Below are positions 11,967-22,810 of a DNA stretch of 49,309 nucleotides, piece after piece. A program made the translations under genes and the position numbers. This DNA comes from Perkinsus chesapeaki ATCC PRA-425. Lineage: Eukaryota; Protista; Perkinsozoa. Location of the stretch: assembly GCA_013115145.1 (NCBI GenBank), contig JAAPAO010000232.1:1-49309 (forward strand), read 5' to 3'. Every line of letters begins with the position of its first letter. Position 1 is the stretch's first letter. The notes under the pieces were generated by a model. That model saw only the letters and a program-made list of their open reading frames with translations, was not told the origin of the DNA and did no database searches.

Positions 11967-13445
11967 ATGGCTGCTGTTACTCAGAGGACTAGTGGTGCAG
12001 CACGAAGGTCCGAAGGAGGCAGTAACAGACCAAGGCCCAATATGCAAGTTGATAAGTTCTGGGATACCGTATGTGCTAATACACACCCATCACCACAAGT
12101 GGAAGTCCCGACCCAATCACCAATGGCACGAAGACCCTCGCCGTGGTGGACCCTGCTGTCTTTGATGAGACTTACTATTGAGGCATTCCGCTGGGTTATC
12201 ATACCTATACTAGGATTGGCACCATTGTTACTGAAACCATTTACTATATATGGATTGGCGGCATGCCTTCTGTTGGCTACATATCTTAGTGTTACATCAG
12301 ACAGATATCGTCCGAAGGGTCGTGCCACTCCTGGCATCGAGGGCCACACTGAAGGGACTGAGTTTGGCAAGCTGGTTGAAGATCTTCTTGAGGCCCGTGC
12401 CAGAGCTTTTAATCCTACACCGTACGCTATTAACGGCCATTTAGCCACTGCGATACCCTTTATGTTACAAAGATATAAAACACCTCAACTTAAGAGACGA
12501 TGGATGTATACAAAAGAGGAAGGCAGACCGTCTCAGTCTATAGCTCTTGACTGGTGTTTGCCAGCTGGCAGCATTGTGAAGGGCATTGTGATAGTATTAG
12601 CTGGTATTAATGGTAGCCCTAAAGAGGGATATGTTATTGATATGATTCAAACTGCCATTGGCCAGAGTTATGCAGTCTGCTGCCTTATAAGTAGAGGCTC
12701 GTCAAACACACCAGTTGTTGGTGGCCCTGAAGATGAAGGGTGTGGCTCGAGAGTTACCGATGTTGAAGAGGTTATTAATATTTGTCATAAAATAACCGAT
12801 AGTCACCTTCCTGTTAGTCTCGTTGGTTACAGTCTCGGTGGTATTATTGCTACTAACAGTGTAGCTAGACTCGGCTCGAAACTTAAGGGCAAACTGATCT
12901 GTTGTGTATCTATCTCTGGTGGACTCAAGATGTATGAAAACTACGACTTTCCAGCAGCCATTGATTTGTGGCAGCCCCTGATAGCGTACGAGCTTAAAAG
13001 GACCGTTGTTGGTCAGAGCATTCGCCGTAGTGGGTTTAAGCCGGCCAACGCCAAATGGTACGATAGTGATAGAACTGTATTGGATATTGATAAAGATATT
13101 ATTGCACCTTCACATGGTTATAAAGATTTTATAGACTACTACCATCACCTGAGTGCAATAAGCCCACTTACTAACAATAAAGGTAAAGATATAGCTGTAC
13201 CAACACTGTGTGTGCACGCGTATGACGATCCGGTCATCCACGTGGACTCAGCAGGTCAATTACCAAAAGATACTTCTCACTATTTGTTTACATTCGTAAC
13301 ACCTAGCGGTGGTCATGTTGGATGGCCGCAGGGTTGGGCTCCTTGGAAAAATGGTTATGGTTGGGTATCCAATACAGCTTTGGCTTTCATGAATATGGTT
13401 GCTTGTAATCCGACAGCTGTAGAAAAACATAATCAACTTCCGTAG
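11967..13445 (+). CDS. Alpha/beta hydrolase, ABHD/YheT family, copy 2 (intronless)
   Basis: LAGINGS, GYSLGG, HAYDDP, GGHVGW. Confidence 0.92.
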   Translation: MAAVTQRTSGAARRSEGGSNRPRPNMQVDKFWDTVCANTHPSPQVEVPTQSPMARRPSPWWTLLSLMRLTIEAFRWVIIPILGLAPLLLKPFTIYGLAACLLLATYLSVTSDRYRPKGRATPGIEGHTEGTEFGKLVEDLLEARARAFNPTPYAINGHLATAIPFMLQRYKTPQLKRRWMYTKEEGRPSQSIALDWCLPAGSIVKGIVIVLAGINGSPKEGYVIDMIQTAIGQSYAVCCLISRGSSNTPVVGGPEDEGCGSRVTDVEEVINICHKITDSHLPVSLVGYSLGGIIATNSVARLGSKLKGKLICCVSISGGLKMYENYDFPAAIDLWQPLIAYELKRTVVGQSIRRSGFKPANAKWYDSDRTVLDIDKDIIAPSHGYKDFIDYYHHLSAISPLTNNKGKDIAVPTLCVHAYDDPVIHVDSAGQLPKDTSHYLFTFVTPSGGHVGWPQGWAPWKNGYGWVSNTALAFMNMVACNPTAVEKHNQLP

Positions 13446-13540
13446 TGATGTGTTGTTGTTATTATTATTGGTTTTCTCTTACCACCATTCTTCGTTGTGT
13501 TGGTTTGGTTATTACTGTATTTCTAGGTATATTCAGTTAC

Positions 13541-14986
13541 ATGGCCACCGCCACCCGTAACACAGTGACATTAACAGAGCATAGCTCTACTTCTTCAGAT
13601 GCCCTGTGGGATAGGGTATGTGATTTAACATTCGACATGCCCCCAGTTGATGGCGAAGTCAGTAAAGCAACCCCTCCGACAGATAGACTATTTGTCCTTG
13701 ACTCGATGGTGAGGCTGTTCATCGAAGCTAGCCGGGAGTACTTTCCCTTCATTGTCATGCTATCTGTCCTCTACTACCGTGAGAGCGGCTATGGTGTGTT
13801 GTTGCTATCTGTTCTTGGTGTTTGGGGTGCATACCTTTTCACCACACGTGGTCAGTTTACACCCAGTGGTAAAACAGCTCCAGGTGTTCGCGGTGGTGAT
13901 AATAATGATGCTACAGGCTTTGTTAAGTTAGTTCATAAAACCTTACAGGAAAGGCTCGATGCCAACGAGATCACGCCATACGTTCTCAATGGCCATTGGG
14001 CAACCGCATTGCTGTGGCTGGTTATGGATTACAAAAAGCCTGAAATGCAAAGACGTTGGTTTAAAAGTGATGACCAGGAGCCAAATGTTCCGCAGTCTAT
14101 AGCACTTGATTGGTGCATTCCTAAAGGGGAGGTTAAAGGCATATACCTAGCTTTGCATGGTCTCAATGGTGGCTCTGGTGAAGGTTATGTAGTTGATTTG
14201 TACAACGCCGCAGTTCCTCAAGGTTATGCTGTGTGCACTATGATCTCTCGCGGGTTGAGTGGTACCCCGTCAACCGGTGGAGCAGATGACGCGTTCTCTG
14301 GCTCACGTGTATCTGATGCCCACAAGGCTATTCAAATCTGTCATGAAGCAGCACCTGATTTGCCCATCACTTTAGTTGGTTACAGTATGGGTGGCATTGT
14401 TGCTGCTAATACTGTTGCTAAATATGGTGCTGAACTTAAAGACAAGCTCACCTCCTGTGTTGTTATATCTGGCTGCAATACTCTATACGAGAACTACGAG
14501 TATCCCTCGGCAAGAAAGCTATGGCATCCGATGATGGCCGAAGAGCTGAAGGAAACAGTTATCGGTCCGATGGTGAAGAGAACAGGTTTTAAGCCTAAAG
14601 ACGATGATTGGTATACTACTCCGATGGGTATCGTCGAGCTTGATGGAGAGATAAACGCTCCTGCTCACGGTTTTGCGTCATTAAGTGACTATTATCACCA
14701 ATGTAGTTCAGCTAGTGATAAGACAAGTGAAGGAGGAAAGAACATCTCCGTGCCGACCCTGTGTGTGCATGCGTACGATGATCCCGTCTTGCATGTCGAT
14801 TCCTCTGCCTTATTACCTCCTACAGTCTCTAAGTACATGTTTTCCTTAGTCACACCTACTGGTGGTCATGTTGGTTGGCCGCAGGGATGGGCTCCATGGA
14901 AGCATGGCTTCCAATGGATCACCGGTACCATTATGTCCTTTTCCACCCTCGTAGCCGATAACCAGCAATTGCTCGCTAAATACTAA
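13541..14986 (+). CDS. Alpha/beta hydrolase, ABHD/YheT family, copy 3 (intronless)
   Basis: LHGLNGG, GYSMGG, HAYDDP, GGHVGW. Start placed at ATG 13541 by comparison with paralog N-termini; the ORF is open from 13445. Confidence 0.9.
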   Translation: MATATRNTVTLTEHSSTSSDALWDRVCDLTFDMPPVDGEVSKATPPTDRLFVLDSMVRLFIEASREYFPFIVMLSVLYYRESGYGVLLLSVLGVWGAYLFTTRGQFTPSGKTAPGVRGGDNNDATGFVKLVHKTLQERLDANEITPYVLNGHWATALLWLVMDYKKPEMQRRWFKSDDQEPNVPQSIALDWCIPKGEVKGIYLALHGLNGGSGEGYVVDLYNAAVPQGYAVCTMISRGLSGTPSTGGADDAFSGSRVSDAHKAIQICHEAAPDLPITLVGYSMGGIVAANTVAKYGAELKDKLTSCVVISGCNTLYENYEYPSARKLWHPMMAEELKETVIGPMVKRTGFKPKDDDWYTTPMGIVELDGEINAPAHGFASLSDYYHQCSSASDKTSEGGKNISVPTLCVHAYDDPVLHVDSSALLPPTVSKYMFSLVTPTGGHVGWPQGWAPWKHGFQWITGTIMSFSTLVADNQQLLAKY

Positions 14987-15138
14987 CCATTCCTACTATA
15001 TGGGCCCTGTTCTCTCCTAGTAGTATGAGCCCTTCATAGATTTGTCCCTATTCCCTTTAGGTTATAGTAGCTTTAGGTTCACATCATTTCTCGCGTTGTG
15101 TTATTATTATATGACCGATAGGGGTTGCCACTTGTTCC

Positions 15139-16644
15139 ATGGTTGACGTATCATCGACTCCAGCAGCAACAACCACAACAACTTGCTCTTCGGTATCTCT
15201 AAGTAGCTCAGCTATTAGTCATCACCACCATCCTACTGTTATACGGTCTAGTACTCTATGGAAGGCTGTGTTGAAGGTTACCAAAGCCGGTCCTCATATC
15301 CCTATGGATCCCAGGGATCTAGATCGCACACCATTACCTCCAGTTGCATGGGTTTTATGGTCTTTGATTTTATTACTTCTTGAAGCCCTCAGACCATACG
15401 TACGTCCGATTCTGATTGTTGCACCACTGATATTTGATGACGGTCGATTGTATAGTTTACCTCTCTGTACATTGTTATTGATTATTCTATCTTACACTCA
15501 AAAGAGGTATGAGATATCACCGGAGACTACCCCAGGTATAAGGGGTGGCAAAAAGGGAAGTGCCTTCACCAGAATTATAACAGCTACTTTAGAAGACAGA
15601 ATGAAAGCTAATCATCCAAGTCCGTTTATATTAAATGGTCATTTTGCCACTGCTTTCCCTTTTATCACTGTTAAGTTGAGACCATTACAGCTGGACCGGA
15701 GATGGATTATGACCAATGACGGCGAGGTATCCCAATCGATTGCCCTTGATTGGCAGCTTCCTAAGAAGCACGTTAAAGGCATATTCCTCGTGTTGCACGG
15801 TCTTAACGGTGGTTCTAAGGCTCGCTACGTCCAGGACCTTTATATAAGAGCAGTAGAGGAAGGGTATGCTGTTTGTTGTATGATAAACCGTGGAGCTTGT
15901 GGTACACCTGTTGAAGGGGGGCCTGAGAATGAATTTTCTGTCGGTCGTATTACTGATGTTCACAGAACTATCAATGTGATACATGAAGCCACCCACGGGG
16001 CTTTGCCTATCACTCTAGTTGGGTACAGTATGGGCGGTATTGTTGCTTCTAATGTTGTTGCTAAATATGGTGCTGAGCTTAAAGGGAAGCTAACGGCATG
16101 TGTATCATTATCTGGTTGTATTAGAATGTATGATAAGGTAGATTATCAAGTGGCACGGGAGCTATGGCAACCACTAATGGCATTCGAGTTGAAGCAATGT
16201 CAACTAGGTCCACTCATTCGGAGGTCTGGTTTCTGCCCACCTAACCCAAATTGGTATCATAAGCCCATGGACTTGGCAGATGTTGATGCTGACATCATGG
16301 CACCTTTACATGGATTTGACGACGCTGATGATTATAGGCATTGGTTGAGTGCTGCAAGCGATAAGACCAGTAATGGTTCTCGTAATATATCGATACCTAC
16401 TCTACTGGTTCATGCCTGTGATGATCCAGTGTTACACGTTGATGCTTCTGCTAAGCTGCCTCCTAATGCGTCCAAATATCTCTATACGTTGGTTACTTCG
16501 AGTGGGGGCCATTTAGGATGGCCGCAGGGTTGGGCACCTTGGCAGCAAGGGTTCAAATGGATGTCGGATACAGTTATGGCATTTTCCGAAGCTGTAGCAA
16601 ATAGTCAGCATTTACTCTACAAAGAGGACCATGTTAGTTTGTAA
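15139..16644 (+). CDS. Alpha/beta hydrolase, ABHD/YheT family, copy 4 (intronless)
   Basis: LHGLNGG, GYSMGG, HACDDP, GGHLGW. Confidence 0.92.
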   Translation: MVDVSSTPAATTTTTCSSVSLSSSAISHHHHPTVIRSSTLWKAVLKVTKAGPHIPMDPRDLDRTPLPPVAWVLWSLILLLLEALRPYVRPILIVAPLIFDDGRLYSLPLCTLLLIILSYTQKRYEISPETTPGIRGGKKGSAFTRIITATLEDRMKANHPSPFILNGHFATAFPFITVKLRPLQLDRRWIMTNDGEVSQSIALDWQLPKKHVKGIFLVLHGLNGGSKARYVQDLYIRAVEEGYAVCCMINRGACGTPVEGGPENEFSVGRITDVHRTINVIHEATHGALPITLVGYSMGGIVASNVVAKYGAELKGKLTACVSLSGCIRMYDKVDYQVARELWQPLMAFELKQCQLGPLIRRSGFCPPNPNWYHKPMDLADVDADIMAPLHGFDDADDYRHWLSAASDKTSNGSRNISIPTLLVHACDDPVLHVDASAKLPPNASKYLYTLVTSSGGHLGWPQGWAPWQQGFKWMSDTVMAFSEAVANSQHLLYKEDHVSL

Positions 16645-16799
16645 TGGACATTCTGCACAGTCCTTTTCTGAGAGACTGTAGCGCAACAACGCTGTTAATA
16701 AGGATTCATACTTCCCTGTCAAATTTATTGTTAACTATTCCCCATCTCTGATACTCCTCTTTTTTCGTTCAGTAATGTCAATAATAGATCAGCTTTCAG

Positions 16800-18269
16800 A
16801 TGGCTCCCTCATCGCCGAGACTGACTTCACCTTCTCCAACAGGGCTGCCTACTACCACATCTACGGTAGAGTTTTCATCGGTTCCTGTTGGGGTATTTTG
16901 GGAATCAGTTTGTCGAGGCACTCACGATGAGCCTCATGTCCCAACTCCCACGGTGCATAAAACACCTCCACCACCTTCAACCTGGGTGGTTGTCTCTTTG
17001 GTTGTATTGGTATTGGAAGCATCGAGGCACATTGTATTACCAATGGCATTTATCTTACCTATATCTCTCGACTTGCCTCGTTATTATACATTACTAATAT
17101 GTACAACAGTTATTATCATCCTTTTAATAACAAAATATCGGTATAAGATCCACATTGAGGAAGCTAAACCAGGTGTACATGCCAATACGGGTGGCAAAGA
17201 TAGTGACTTTGGGAAGGTCATCCACTCCTTGCTTGGAAGCAGGCTGAAGGCTTATGAGCCATCACCTTTATTCAGTATCGGCGGTCATTGGGCAACTGCT
17301 ATATTATTTCTGACAACAACTAAGCCATCATTATCCCCATGTCGACGTTGGATGATGACTTCTGATAAACAGTCAATAGCCTTAGACTGGTTTATGCCGC
17401 CTACGGATGATGTTGAAGGTGTCTTATTAGTCTTACATGGTCTTAATGGTAGCTCCACCGAGCAATACCTTACCGATCTTTATCATACTGCACTTCCGCA
17501 CGGTTATGCTATTTGTTGTATGATTGCTCGTGGCCTTGGTGGCACGCCAATCGTTGGTGACCATAAGGATTCCTTCTCTGGTGCGAGAGTGAGTGATGCT
17601 CGTACTGCTGTTAATATATGTCACAATATAACCAAGGGTAGAGTACCTCTAACACTTGTTGGTTACAGTATGGGCGGTGTTATTGCCACTAATATGGTGG
17701 CCAAGTATGGCCATGAACTGAAAGGGCAACTCAATGCATGTGTATCGATATCCGGTGGTATCAGACTTTGGGAGAAAGTTGATAATAAAGTATCTCGAGA
17801 GCTATGGCAGCCTCTGCTGGCATTCGAGCTCAAACAAGGCGTGCTCGGTCCAATGGTTCGAAGAACTGGTTTCACCCCGGAAGATCCCAACTGGTACGAC
17901 AAGCCATCGGATCTATTTCACGTCGATGGTCTCATACCTGCCGCGGCGCATGGTTATGATGATGTTATCGATTATTATCACGACATGAGTGCTTGCAGTG
18001 ATAGATATAGTAACGGTGGTAGTGATATTGCTGTACCTACACTTATTGTACATTCCCTTGACGATCCTATTATTCATGTTGATGCCGGTGCGGCAATACC
18101 GTCAACAGCATCCAAGTATCTTTTCGCTCTGATAACAAAGACTGGTGGACATGTCGGATGGCCTCAAGGATGGACTCCTTGGGAAAAGGGGTTCCATTGG
18201 GTATCTGAAACAGTTTTACAATTCTCTCAGACGGTCTCGCAGAACTGGCATCTGGTTGAGTCACATTAG
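16800..18269 (+). CDS. Alpha/beta hydrolase, ABHD/YheT family, copy 5 (intronless)
   Basis: LHGLNGS, GYSMGG, HSLDDP, GGHVGW. Confidence 0.92.
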   Translation: MAPSSPRLTSPSPTGLPTTTSTVEFSSVPVGVFWESVCRGTHDEPHVPTPTVHKTPPPPSTWVVVSLVVLVLEASRHIVLPMAFILPISLDLPRYYTLLICTTVIIILLITKYRYKIHIEEAKPGVHANTGGKDSDFGKVIHSLLGSRLKAYEPSPLFSIGGHWATAILFLTTTKPSLSPCRRWMMTSDKQSIALDWFMPPTDDVEGVLLVLHGLNGSSTEQYLTDLYHTALPHGYAICCMIARGLGGTPIVGDHKDSFSGARVSDARTAVNICHNITKGRVPLTLVGYSMGGVIATNMVAKYGHELKGQLNACVSISGGIRLWEKVDNKVSRELWQPLLAFELKQGVLGPMVRRTGFTPEDPNWYDKPSDLFHVDGLIPAAAHGYDDVIDYYHDMSACSDRYSNGGSDIAVPTLIVHSLDDPIIHVDAGAAIPSTASKYLFALITKTGGHVGWPQGWTPWEKGFHWVSETVLQFSQTVSQNWHLVESH

Positions 18270-18396
18270 TCATTATTATCCACCCTCTCCGCAGTATGAT
18301 GATTTGTGAGTAGTGTTAGTTCTCCCTTTTTATATCCCTACTGCTGGGTGTTATCTGATTAGCTTCCTGGTGTTGTATTAAGTAAATCAAAACATT

Positions 18397-18420
18397 ATCA
18401 TCATCATCATCATCATCATC
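18397..18420. repeat. (ATC)8 microsatellite
   Basis: Eight perfect ATC units in the intergenic region after the hydrolase array. Confidence 0.9.
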
Positions 18421-18510
18421 GTATCACATCACTCGCCGACCTGCATGTTCGATATAGCCGATGATTAAGCCACACTTAGTTGTTCCGCTTAAGAAACCTT
18501 ATTCTCCATC

Positions 18511-20100
18511 ATGGACATCACATCAATATCAGACACTCTAAGTCGAGCACAAAGGCTATTACTTAGACCATTATCACCAACAGTTGCCGAACGTGAGAAT
18601 TACGGTAAAACAGTGACGAAAAGCGAAACGAAGAGAGTATCTGCGGTGAAGACTTATACCAACAGAAAGATGAAGAAAGACGATAGCCGTAGTGGACTAT
18701 ACGGTGACGCATACCGTAACGCTTTGGATGCTTTGGATGAGCTAACACTAGAAATGAAAGGGAAAATGAGGGGGACAATACGACAGGCGAATATTAAGGA
18801 GAAGAAGTCGACAGTTGGTGAAAAGTATGATGAAGAGAAGGTTTGTAAAATGAAGAAGAATATAGAAAAACTGGAAAAGCAATTAGAAACGGTTAAAGGA
18901 CAAAACCGAGATCAATTCCAAGACACGACCGGAATGGAGAACGCAAAGGCGAGGCTGAGGGCTCAAAAAGTGAAACGAGCAGACACTTTACGGGAACTGA
19001 GGACAGTGGAACGGAAGGATGCGAAAGACGAGGAGACGAAAATCAGACTGTTACAGCAGCGGGCGGCAAATACGCTGAGAGAGATGGCAAGGGAACGTCG
19101 TCAACGACTGCAGAATGACATGGTTAAAGCCGAGGAGGATCGCCGACGGAGAAGCTTGGATGAAGAGAAAGCATTGAAAGAACAACGTGCTGCAGCAGAA
19201 CGTGTGGCTGATAGGATTAGACGGGCCAGGGTTGAGGAGGCCAAAAATAAGGAACTGGAAGAACATAATGCGCAGCTACGGATTAATGCTGATAGGAAGA
19301 AAGTTATAAGTTTACAGCGCCGAACTAAACAGAGAATTAAAAGTGTTATTGGCAAAAACGAGAAGAGTCGAAGTGATATTACATCTGATGGCAGACTCGA
19401 CGGCAGGGTTGAGTACGCCAGGAGACTTGCTGCTACAAGAGCCCGAGAAGCCCGGAATAGACTGATGCAGGAAAAGAAAAAGGAAGCTGCTGAGGAATTA
19501 GAAAGATTAGAGTTACGACAACAACAAAAGGAGGAGATAATGAAACGATATCGGTAAGAAGTATACAACTTATTCTGAGATGCATTTATTAGGACGCGAA
19601 GTGCTGGTGTTACTGGAGCAGAATATTCAGGGATGTCGCACAGTTTGGTAGATCCTCCTGTTGGTGATCAAAGATCGCTATCGTACGACGGAAAGTATGA
19701 GTCAATAAAACTACCGCAAATTAATGGAAGCCACAGTAAAGCCACTGTTGTTGAAGATAGTGTACGCGTAGTTGCCGATGTGAAATCTGAGTCTCTGCCT
19801 GCGGAAGAACATCGACAAGAAGCCTTTGAGGATTTACTGGACGACAACGACTCAGAATTTGCTACTCCAGAGTATACTCCGCCCAGTAAGGGTTATTCAT
19901 CTACTCCGTCATCACCGACATCAGTTAGTGAAGGCCATACTGATGCTATAAAGGCGGAGTTCACATTACCATCAATCACTTGTAACCATAAATGGAGACC
20001 ACTTGTCCCGATGATGGATGATGAATATTTTGTGAGACTAGTGAAGCATGGAGTGGCGGAGAATGAACTGAATAAAGGATACGCGTTAAAAGGACGATGA
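18511..20100 (+). CDS. Uncharacterised K/E/R-rich coiled-coil protein, probably two exons
   Basis: 348-aa ORF with heptad-like K/E/R composition; GTAAG donor near 19554 and TTCAG acceptor near 19630 would join it to ORF 19633-20100. Confidence 0.55.
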
Positions 20101-20405
20101 CCAGCATTAGTTTGTTAATAACTGATAATTACATACTCCTTTCGTTGTGCTGAATAATGAAGACGGGACAAGATTCGTGATTGGAAGACAAACTGAGCAA
20201 TGTGTTCTCAAATTGACGGCTGTGCTGAAAGGCTATAGTACGCCAGACACAGCAAGCTTAGCATTAAAAAACAGCAATGAAAATTTCGAACATCTGCATC
20301 GTAGGAAGCGCCCTTTTATTTTACTTATAAACAACAACAGCTGCGAAGGCCCTTTTACATGGACAACGCTAATACAACAACACTAACACAACAACAACAA
20401 CAACA

Positions 20406-21029
20406 TCATGCCGATCTTGTCAACTTCCCTTCCATTCTACGCATCGTTTCTGTAATTTTCGGCTCCAGCCCATGGAAGTGTTGGGAGACCGAATCAAGGG
20501 ACCCTGAGTTGCCTATCGCTGATGCGAAGGCTGCACATCCACCCTCCGAGGAGATCTTATGAACATTTTTCTGGATTCCAGGTGGGATAAAACTCATCAT
20601 CTTTTCCCAGTCTTCTTTCTTGTTTTTATCCAGTCCAACTACGCTCTCCTTCCCTACCAACACTTCAACACTCTTTCCTCTGCCATCACTGAAATATATG
20701 ACTCCTAAACTACGTATAAGTATGTAAATCTTACAATCTATAATGATATCCACCTGAGAATTCATATAGCTCGAAGAAACCCATGTCGCCATTTGCGGAA
20801 GTTCTTATGTTAATGTCAAACTTATCCTCACCCTTGTCATCGATCCTAGTAACGGTGCAGCCTGTTGTCGAATCACTCTTTACCTGAACCGACGACGTTA
20901 GCATGTATTATCCCTTATGCGTATCTTTACTTTCACCGTCTCCGATATCTTAGTCCAAAGGGAGGGCCAAAGCGAAGCAGTTGCCAAAGATGCCAGAATC
21001 GCCATAGCCTTGATGGCGTTGAACTTCAT
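20406..21029 (-). CDS. Small predicted secreted protein (~175 aa, three exons), no recognised family
   Basis: Signal-peptide-like MKFNAIKAMAILASLATAS; in-frame GT-AG splicing (first intron 20936-20884) joins VKSDSTTGCTVTRIDD...GGYHYRF to DGRGKSVEVLVG...KLTRSA*. Confidence 0.65.
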
Positions 21030-22810
21030 ATCCTTGACTTATTGGTAGAACTAAGACCAGATGATATAATAACCGAGATCTAAAGAGGTCACCAAGAACG
21101 TCTCATGAGGGGGAATTCAAAACCGCACAAAACCTGGCGATGCTCTTTTCGAACGGGCGAGGCTCTTTCTTCAATGGAATGTGCACCTCTGCATGTTCGG
21201 TAAGAAGCTAAGACCGAGGATGAACTGCTGCCGACATCCAACGATGTTATGGTTATCGACTGCATATCATTTTAAACGCCGCACTGTGGAAACATCTATG
21301 AAAGACTGAACATGAAGTCTATAACATGCATGTTTAAACAGAGGATGAGTTATCGCTCTTCCCTTCCGTGTGTATTATCCAGCAATGCTGATGGTTCATA
21401 AATAGCCACTAGGTTTTTGACTCATACTCAACAATCATTCAAAAAATTACTTGTCATGTAATTCAATTATCATTCATTTATCTAAAGACTGCCCTGTTGT
21501 TTACTATGTTGAACCGTGTATTTACTAAGATCAAAGATCAATTTTTTAACAATGCCTTATTTGGGGTGACTGCAGAATTATTGGTAAAATTTTCATTAGT
21601 GATTATAGCAATAATTCATCGGTAACTTTTATCAGTGAATGCATGAAGGTAATAATATGCTCATTTATAGAAGACAAAAGAATATGGGGAGATTTTCGAA
21701 GATTTGGGAGACTCAGTCCAAATCCTCCTAAACGGGGTTAGTATATCAATTACCCTATCGGAGGGATAGTGATGTTTTAAAGCCTTCACGAAAAAAAGGC
21801 AAGGGACTCCTGCGTGATCACCATGAAGGACCATCCTCCTCTTTGTTGACTTTAGTTTCCGTGTTTGATGTGCCAAACGCGTATCCTGCGATAGACTACG
21901 GGAAATGGACGGCTTCGACAAATTGGTAAATAAGAGGTGTCGAAGGACGAGACAGCTAGCGCGTTCTGAGCACAGGGAAGATTCCAATCCCTCTGAGTGG
22001 TTCAATGGAGCTGTGGTAATTTACCCCTTGGTGAATGATTGCGTTTAAGTGCTACACACACTTTGAGCCAAATTGGCTTCGAACGAGCATAATCCCGATC
22101 TGATAAGGGCTCCGATATGATTGGATTGCACGGGTTCAGATATTGACTTAGAATGGCCTCGAAAAGAGTCATTGTTCAGTTGGCTTCAAAGATATAGTAC
22201 GGAATGAACCGTCAGTCCTCGCTTCCAAACCGAGAGAAGTTTTCCCCGCAAAGGTACGTAGAACTTAACCTATTCATCAGCAGGATATACTTACAACTAG
22301 TGTTATATGGCACCAGACACATGCGAAGAGTCTCTTGAATACATCATACAGAAATAGACTCACTTATGCCGGAGGCCTGACAAGAAATCTCAGCTTTGCG
22401 ACTGCAGCCCACAGTCATCAACCGGGGTCACTCGAAAGATGCACTTGACCGTGCCGCAACGTCCGGAGTTTTCGGTTAAATCGTAGCATCACCCAATGAA
22501 CTAAACGATGCCCAGACAAGATGCCGTCCCATACATGTCGTACAGTGAACAGGGCGGCTTCCTAAGAATGCTACGATATGTTGTTGGTTCATGAAGAAAG
22601 CGAGTGGGAGTTTCGAGTGTAAATTTTACAGCCATTTCCTCGGCGATATCTACAGTACTAGTTTGATATCAGTACCAGGAATACTGCTGAGGGAAAAGAT
22701 TTAGATGAGGCAAGAACGATACATGGTTCTTGGCTTACGAACCACGGCCTGTTTTTGCCTCATTTGTGTCACCCCCGACATGGTTTCGCAAATCGTGGAA
22801 CGATGCAGCT

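Noticed and set aside
13443-13450. Apparent 2-nt gap or overlap between hydrolase copies 2 and 3
   Set aside because: The upstream extension (MCCCYYYWF...) is low-complexity intergenic sequence; paralog comparison favours ATG 13541.
10364-16800. Relic spliced-leader sequence upstream of the intronless hydrolases, which would mark retrogenes
   Set aside because: No match to CCGTAGCCAT(T/C)TTGGCTCAAG or clear fragments of it was seen by eye.
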